Of a stretch of DNA of 64,000 bases, positions 34,201 to 43,200 are shown one piece after another. Within the stretch, counting starts at the first letter, position 1. Every line of letters starts with the position of its first letter. A program made the position numbers and the translations under genes. The notes below the pieces were generated by a model. It searched no databases, had not been told where the DNA came from, and saw nothing but the letters and a program-made list of their open reading frames with translations. Source of the DNA: Antedon mediterranea (taxonomy: Eukaryota > Animalia > Echinodermata); the NCBI RefSeq assembly GCF_964355755.1, contig NC_092672.1, forward strand, positions 31,192,437-31,256,436. The letters run 5' to 3'.

Positions 34201-37200
34201 CTCTGATACAATGTTGAAATACAAGTGGACTGGAAACCATTTAGGAATAGGGTTTTCTAATAATAAAAGTTGTGTAAAACTTTAGTTATGGTCAAGGGGA
34301 TTGGTCAAGACTTGAAGTAAATGGTCGAGACTTGGAGTAAATGGTCGAGACCGGGGGGAAAATGGTCAAGACAGGGAGAAAAATTAATGTACACCATTTT
34401 ATAAGTTTATATTCACTTATTGTGTTAAATTTCATTTATGATTAAACCTGTATACGTATTCAATAATAAAAAATTAATTTTCTTACACTTAATATCATGA
34501 ATAACATATGTTTAGTAGTTAAGGTATTATATTATTTCTCTGTATACTGACCTCACAAATATAGATAAAGAGAGACTGTAACTAAATGTTTATTGATTAT
34601 TAGGGTTACAGTGAGAGTTCTATGCAAACATTAAAAGGCCAATTAACGAGCCACCCAACTTAATTAAGTACCGGTACCTAGCAAATGCGCTCAAACTCAA
34701 TAAGGGTTACAACTCTACAAAAGAGGACATTTTATTTTTAAACAGGGTTAAACATAAAAAGGTCAATTACTTAAAAAGGGTTGTGTCAATTGACACTTGA
34801 ACTTTACCTCTATACAAGGACGAATGGACAGTGACAATTAACCATTAAACTCTGGTCACAAAAGCATGGGAGTTTCAATTTTCGACTTCGTCGAAATTTG
34901 AGAGCCCCCCAATAAAACGGTTGACCAGAGTTTAATGGTAAATTGTCACTGTCCATTCGTCCTTGTATAGAGGTAAAGTTCAAGTGTCAATTGACACAAC
35001 CCTTTTTAAGTAATTGACCTTTTTATGTTTAACCCTGTTTAAAAATAAAATGTCCTCTTTTGTAGAGTTGTAACCCTTATTGAGTTTGAGCGCATTTGCT
35101 AGGTACCGGTACTTAATTAAGTTGGGTGGCTCGTTAATTGGCCTTTTAATGTTTGCATAGAACTCTCACTGTAACCCTAATAATCAATAAACATTTAGTT
35201 ACAGTCTCTCTTTATCTATATTTGTGAGGTCAGTATACAGAGAAATAATATAATACCTTAACTACTAAACATATGTTATTCATGATATTAAGTGTAAGAA
35301 AATTAATTTTTTATTATTGAATACGTATACAGGTTTAATCATAAATGAAATTTAACACAATAAGTGAATATAAACTTATAAAATGGTGTACATTAATTTT
35401 TCTCCCTGTCTTGACCATTTTCCCCCCGGTCTCGACCATTTACTCCAAGTCTCGACCATTTACTTCAAGTCTTGACCAATCCCCTTGACCATAACTAAAA
35501 TTTTACCCAACTTTTATTAATGGCCAGTCTCTCTTTATCTATATGTGTGACGTCAGTATACAGAGAAATAATATATTACCTTAACCACTAAAGATATGCT
35601 ATTCATGATATTAAGCGTAAGAAAGTTATTTTTTTTTTTTTATTATTATTGAATACGTATACAGGTTTATTCATAAATGAATATTAACACAATAATTGAC
35701 TATAAACTTATAAAATGGTGTACAATGATTTTTCTCTCGGTTTTGACCATTTCCCCCCCCCCCCCCCCCCCGGTTTTTTTACCATTTACTCCAAGTCTTG
35801 ACCAATTCCTCTTGACCATAACTAAAGTTTTACACAACTTTTATTATTAGAAAACCCTATTCCTAAATGGTTTCCAGTCCACTTGTATTTCAACATTGTA
35901 TCAGAGAGTTGAAAAATAAGTTCCCTGAACATGTTATGCGATGTGGTCTTCATAAGTGTGTAGACCGCATGGCTTTATCACCATCGAGGATGTCACAAGC
36001 CGGCCGTGGAAACAGAAAAGAAGAACAGACGACCGTGTCCACTTTTCAATGTTCAGATCATTTTCGACCGATTTTGATGTATGGAAGAGATTAATTAGTG
36101 GGTTAGGTTCAGCTTATTTAGGTATTGATTTTTTGGAAGTTAGTAGGCTGCTCGTTTTTTTTTGTTTTTTTTTTGTTTTTTTTGGTTTTTTTTTATATTA
36201 CTATTGACCCGTTCTGATAACCGTAGAAACACATCGTTCGAATTCTCTTTGGAGAAAGTATCATACACTCAGCAAACAATGTCTACTTGAATGATTGTAG
36301 GAATACAGTAGACTTCAAGTCTTCAGTTAATCAGTTATTGTACTGTTATATTGGTGTATCGTACATTCGTTTCTTTATCGTTATAATATACTGTTTATTA
36401 ATAAACGTTTATGTTTCGCATCCTGCATTACAGCTCTTTTAGACCGTTGACAAAGTCTAAGCTCCTGAGAGGGAAGGCAGAATGCAATCATAGGCTATAG
36501 GCCTAATCTCAGAATATTAACTTCAATTTTCCGAACAGTTTGAATTACGAACGGTAAAAGGCCTGTACCTACAATTCAAGAGGGTGTGTGTATTTGTCAC
36601 GTGTATGCCCTATACGTAAAATACTAAAGTTGATATACCTGCTGGAGGTATTGTTTTTCGTACGAAAACGATCGCTATGCTGTTTTAGCTGTTAAGTGTT
36701 TGGTTTGTATTTGTTTCTTAATGGTAATGCCACGTTACATGTACACATCGACATGTACACTTTTATAAGCATTAGTTTAATGTGTGATCTTTTTTTGTAA
36801 ATTTATTCTATACACTTTTTGTAAAATTATTTGTGTATACTTTTTTTTTAAATAAAAGCTGTGTACACCTCGTTTTAAGAATGTCTGTGGCCAATGTACA
36901 CTGTACACCTTTATAAGAATTAGTTTAATGTGTGATTTTGTTGTTGTTAATTTATTCTGTACATTTTTTTGTAAAGTTATTTTTGTACACTTTTTTTCGA
37001 ACTACAATCTGTACACGTCTGTTTTAAGAATGTCTGTAGCCAATGTACACTGTACACATTTATAAGAATTAGCTTATGTGTGGACTTTTTTTGTTGTTAT
37101 TTTATTCTGTACACTTTTTGTAAAGTTATCTTTGTACACTTTTTTATCGAAATAAAATCTGTACACATTTTTTTAAATTCTAATAATTTGTTAGTGTTAT

Positions 37201-40200
37201 TGTTTAAATAATTTGTGAAACTAATTTGTATTGTTTACCGCATGTTACAATATTGATGATTTCCTACAGGTAATGAACCGTTTTAGTGGTTATACTTGTT
37301 AACTTTTTTCATCACACTCATTTTAACCAGGAGGAGATAAAATGCAAATAAAACGATTTTTAAAAAGTAAACATAGGCCTAAATACAATTTTTACAAAAT
37401 ATACCAACAACATGGAGGCCTGCAAACTTTACGAGTATAAACAAGTAATAAACTGTACTAGCGAAAACACTATCGACATTAACATACATAATTATAAACA
37501 ATGAGATGGTGTAAACAAAGAAAAACACAGGTTACGGTATAACAATGTAAGACAAACTTTTTATCCCCATTATCAATTGTTTTCTCGTGCCGCTATGCAG
37601 ACTTTAAAAAAGGGGGGTTTATCATACATTGAGTATAAATCCTTTAGAGTAATATTCATGTTTGTTATGAGCTGGTAAGAAATAAAAGTAAAGATATAAA
37701 GGATTTGTGTAAAGATATTACACCTGATGAGTTGAATAATGTGATGTAATAAAAATGATGAGTGACCAGCAAAATATATATCGGTAGATACTATTTTACA
37801 GTAAGGTACTAGCAGTACTAAATGCGACGCAATTTTAAACTGCTTTACAATTGGAAACGTTAAAAACGCGTCTCCTGTGATTTTGTGAAGGAAAAATTTA
37901 CGTTAATATAACTTCGAGACGAAAATGATTTGTTTGGTGTATTTCCTTTTCTTTTGTCTTTGTTTCATTTATTTATTATTTAACTAGTAGCTCAGCTTTG
38001 TGATTGGTTGATGTTTTTTTTGCTGCTGTCCGGTAGTTATCGTGTTGTAACGTATTCTTCATTGACGTCAGCTGTTCTTGAATGAGAAAACCTTTTAAAA
38101 ATATTGACGTCATGTTTTGTCTAATATTCCCTGTCGATGATACCTAGCGCCAGTAATAAACCCCTTACTGAGGAATCTTTCATAAAATGGTGCTAGATTA
38201 AGGGATGTGAGAGAGCTATAGGTAACCATCAATAAGAAAGCATTTACAAAGAATCGTTAAAATATATGTCGTTATAAGGTTAAGCCTACAGAGCGAAGAC
38301 ACAGGCCTGTAAAATTGCTAACGAAACAGCGGAAGGTTCATAAAAAAAAAATTTTTTTTAAATAGTCGAAAGATAAACATGTAGAAAAAAAAGTAGGCCT
38401 TATAATAACTAATGCAAATAACCTGCTTGTAAACAAATTTCAATTTTTGGGCTCCGGTTGAATGTCTAGCTTTCCTGTTTTTCTGTTAAAATGTGTTAAG
38501 TGTAAAGAAAATACAATTGGCAACCAAAACGTCTTCCTGCCTTCAAATTATGATCGACCTGTGTTTGCAATTATGATAAAAGTAATATTAAATAATACGC
38601 AGACATCTGTTATTTCTCACCGTTGAATTCAAAATTTATTTACAATACCACTTACAGTCAAACTACTGTAGATCTACATGGTCTTTATTGTAATAATATT
38701 AATCACACATATTTAGATAACTTATCGATTATGTACGAAATATATGTTTGTTATTATTAGTGTTATTAGGCCTATAACGTTTCTTTTAATCTACCAGTCC
38801 GTTTCCCACGTTACGACATCATTTATCCGTTTCAAGTACCTGTTTCTCTTGAAATTACTAACTAAACGGTTAAAACGCTTTAAAGAAAAACTTACACACT
38901 TGTTAAAAACATAAGAAACTGTTACACATGTATTTATAACAATTAGAAATACAATACAATTTACTTTTAAGAGATTATTTAATTTTTATGCACACAATGA
39001 GAAACAATCACATGAATATTAGCGATCAATGGAATTAGGTATAGATCTAAGTGAATTTCAATAAATACAGCTATTTGTAGGAATAGCATCACAAAAATGA
39101 TTTACTACTATACTAAACAGATCATGAACAGTAAATATTCTTGAGATCTGCGACAACTATTAAAGACTGTAATGTTTGCGTGAAATTTCTCTCATATTTT
39201 AATATCTCTAAACGTGAGATTTGTTCTTGGTAGCTTGATGGACTGCTGTTTAGGTAGTGAATGGTATCAGTACTCATTAGTGGGATAATTCATCATTAAT
39301 AATGTACCGTGTTTAAGATCAACAGTTACTGGCTTAATGATTCTTTTGGGACTCTGACCCCGTGCATCACCATGCCGAAATCTAAACATACGTGTTTGCC
39401 TCAATGATACAGAGGCGATTGGACTAAAGTGATTCATGTCTTTCTCATCATCTTTGTGTTCACCAATGTAATCACTACCAGTAGCATATCTGAGTAATGA
39501 CAAAATACAATAACATGAGACCAAAGAAAACCTATTATCCATCGGGGGTGTAAAGTAAAATAAACACTTGCATAATACAATTAGAACAATCTTATCCCGC
39601 AAATTGTAAAAAATTACTCAGTTTGACCACTGATATCATTGTTCATGCGTATAGTTTTAGAGGTAAACGCTGGACCTTTTTAATCAATCAAAAAAAACAA
39701 AAAAACAAGAATATTTACCGGTTGACCAAAACAAAGTTGAAGTAATGTCCTGTAACCGATTTTAAAAGATCGCGGAGATCTTCCAGGAATGAAGGCCACG
39801 GTAAATATGGTACTGTATTACCTGAAAATGTGTAAGTTAAGCCCGAATCGCCGAAAGAAACCTGCAGAGGGGAAATCATACAAAGAAAGTAATTAATGAA
39901 ACTTATCTGGTAAGATGAAAATGAATACGCACAAAAAATATTTACAGTAAGCGAGTAAATAGCACCGAACTACTCAACGGTAAATAAAAAAGGAAGTGAA
40001 ATACTAGTACATCATTAATAATAATACAAAACCACGATGAAGAACAAATATAATGGAACCAACCTGTCTTCTAGGAATATTAAACCACTTTCCGTATACT
40101 TTCACCTTTGCAAGATCACCGGTAAAACAGTCAATCTCTTCCTCACATTTATTAAACAATGTATCGGCTGCTCCTTTATCAAGAAGTTGAAGGTAATCAC

Positions 40201-43200
40201 AATCTAAATTTTCTCTTAATATCTTTTGCACCAATAACCTATCGGGGGATAGCAACTGTTGTTTTGATTTTAAATACGCTCCGTTTAGAATCTGTTTCTG
40301 TACTTTCACGTAATTCTTCCATGTGGAACTTTTTTTGAAGATTTCTTGTATTCTGTGCGTTTTCTTTTGGAATCGCTGTATTGATCTTTAAAGTACATTC
40401 TAAAAATCCTGCTGACAGTTTTTCATAAATATAGAAAGTGATCTTTAGGCTTTAATCTGGCTAAGCTTTAGAAAATACAATGACGGTGAATGGAGAGAGA
40501 GAAAGCGAGATACAAATCATCGCTGTAAGTCTAAAATGAATAACTGTGCTCGGCGACTGCATACAAACAGGTCTTAACTTCGCTTGAATCAGGTCCTATA
40601 TTATATTTACAGTTTACGTAGCTCTTTACAGTAATTAGCCTAAAGTGATATTAATTGTTTTACCTGTCAATTGTCTCCTTACAACGCGTGCGGATTAAAG
40701 TATTGTTAATTGTTTGTTTTCCGGTCAATCGTTTTTTCCGTGGCACGTGCGAAACACGTTTTAGATATCCTCACACAATAACTTATACAGGTTCTCTGAA
40801 TTAGTCAAGGTACTGACGAGAAAGTAAACAAAATGTCTATACCGTGGTAATGAATATTCCTCGTACTTATTCAGCTCACTGTACACGGTATCGTCTGTAA
40901 CATACTCTTTATCCAGAACCTCCCGATAAAAATAGTCAATCTGTTCTTCTGGAGATTTCATTAAACAGAAGTCATGATCTTTTTGACCAGGCCTATCAAA
41001 TTCGCAACCATAACAAGCCGCTTGACTTAACATCCAACACTTGTTTAACACTTGAGAAACAAACACTTATCTGGCTAAATATTCCAATTTCAATAAAAAT
41101 TCTCTCTCTACCTCATCTACGTACGTAAATATACAACTTGTAGCCCGGCTACCCCTCTCATCTCCTTCATCAACACCGGTGGGTACACCCTCATTGGTCC
41201 GCATGTACCGATCACCGATATCGCTACCTGTAACAGCAGTCTCCTCATCATCGCTAATGATTATAACTGTATCTACACATCTACCTTGCGAAAAATCTAT
41301 ACTTCCAGACATAGCGAAATACTGTAACTCTACGTTAAAATAGACAAAGCAACTGGAAAGGTCACAAAAAGCAGTCCCCTTTCTTACAATGTCTAAAAAG
41401 AAACGGCTCTAAAATATCAAAAACAAAACTATTGTACCAAACAAAAAGAACAATGAACAAAAGAAATTAGGATATACTAAACAAAAGTGACCTATGCAAT
41501 GGTCAAACCGCCTAAAAATAACAATAGCAATCCTCAAACAAAGAACTACCTTCACTAATATATTTAAAATACAAATTCATCACCAACTACAATTATAGCC
41601 CAGGCCAAAACGAAAAGCCCGCCAAAATAACAAACCCCCTTCCCTAACAAAGAATGACCTTTCAATAATTTTTAAAAATACAAATTCTTTACGAATATAG
41701 CACAGGCCAAAACAGAAACCCCGCCAAAATAACAAACCATTTCTCTAACAAAGAATGACCTTACACTAATTAATAATACAATAACAGGAAATTAAACAAT
41801 AGAAAACATAATATATACCCTGGGGATATGACATTCCTTTCCGGTCTGGTACAAAGAATGACCTTTCACTAATTATTAATACAATACCTGGAAATTAAAC
41901 AATAGAAATATGAAATATGCCCTGGGGATATGACATTCCATTCGGGCCTGGAATACTTCTGCCCTGGGGGTATAAAATTATATTTTGGCCTGGTTTCCCT
42001 CTACCTCTACTCACAGCTTACGGAGTTTACTCAGAGGTGTATAAATGGGATTTCGCCAGTAATCAATTCCTAGCAGACTATTCCCAGATACAAAGTCACG
42101 GCGCTTTCTCTGGAAAATTATTCGCAGTGGATGGTACGCTGTACGCGGTAATAGTAAACTACTACGACGACGCAGCAGGTTACCACGCGGTTAAATCTCA
42201 AGTTTGGAGAATAAAAGAAAAAAGTAAGTAAATTTAAAAAATGATAATCAATTCAGTGTATAATTGAAGTACGAAAATGTTTAGGTAATGTTACCAGACA
42301 ATGAGTGTGTATGCGTACGTATGCATATTTTAAGCGTGGTTCCCACTAGCGACGCAACGCAAGGACGTAACGCAACGCAAGTGAATTGACCAATCACAAG
42401 CGATGGCTTATTCGCCTGTGATTGCTAACTGTCTATAACTTCGCTTGTCATTGGTTAAAACGCTTGCGTTGCGTTTACGTCCTTGCGTTACGTTCCAGTG
42501 GGAACCAAGCTTAAGAGTTCAACTTATCTTCAGTGAGTGAGTCTGTGCCATCAACGATTAGGCCGAATGTTTACCGGAGCGCGATGTTTAAATAACACAT
42601 TTGAGGCGCATTTGATAATGTGATTGTAGGTAGGTCTACTTATTTTCCGCTTAAAACTCTTTGTGTCAAAGTTTGATGTGCCCAAATATGGTAGTGCTAT
42701 GTTTAAATATGGTACGGTGGTGATATGAATGACATCATCATGTCCATTATGGTCACATCACATTTAGACAGACAATGTAAACCGGGTTCAACACACGATT
42801 GTGACACAACACAAGGCGTCCTTCATAATCTATAATAGATATATTGCAATGTGCCGCTTACAAATAATTCGTAGCTGTTTTAAAGCTCTGTCTACACTAT
42901 CAAACTAGTTTAACCAAAAAAAGTGATTTACCTAAATATAGTAGTGATGTGCCCAAATATGGTAGTGATATGAGGTATGTGCACATCACATATTTTGTCA
43001 CATAATGTTTAAGAAGATTCAAACACTGAATGTGCTCATATGTCATCCAATTTTTAAAAACTTCTGGACTAAGTTCTGCAGCAAATATTTACTCTAAATT
43101 AACTTTCTGTCAATCAATTGAATTATAATGTGAAAGAAATAAAACTAAATAACTACGACAAATGATGTTGACATATTTTGCTTGATTCAGGGCGTTATAT

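Larger units (their letters stand above)
28096..42011. mobile_element. 13.9-kb palindromic non-autonomous element with Polinton/Maverick-type ends and 6-bp TSD CACAGC
   Basis: TSD at 28090-28095 and 42012-42017. Ends are AGTAGtatatGAGGGAAACCAGGCC and GGCCTGGTTTCCCTCtacctCTACT. Mirror coordinates of the ends and ORFs sum to 70107 in the outer arms and 69780 in the inner arms. Arms are 28096-34858 and 34922-42011. Confidence 0.93.

Noticed and set aside
28106-42001. Element ends at GAGGG...CCCTC (Sola-like)
   Set aside because: The flanks there (ATAT vs TACC) are not duplicated. Extending 10 bp gives AGTAG/CTACT ends, a perfect TSD and an in-frame empty site.
28096-42011. Palindrome as a long-read fold-back assembly artefact
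   Set aside because: Both flanks continue the same exon in frame with a 6-bp TSD, and the arms differ by substitutions, a 5-nt tip block and a 327-bp indel. An artefact would not produce these. Read-level confirmation is still advisable.
41917-42231. Stand-alone 104-aa ORF
   Set aside because: It is a chimera of the element tip and the second half of the interrupted host exon.
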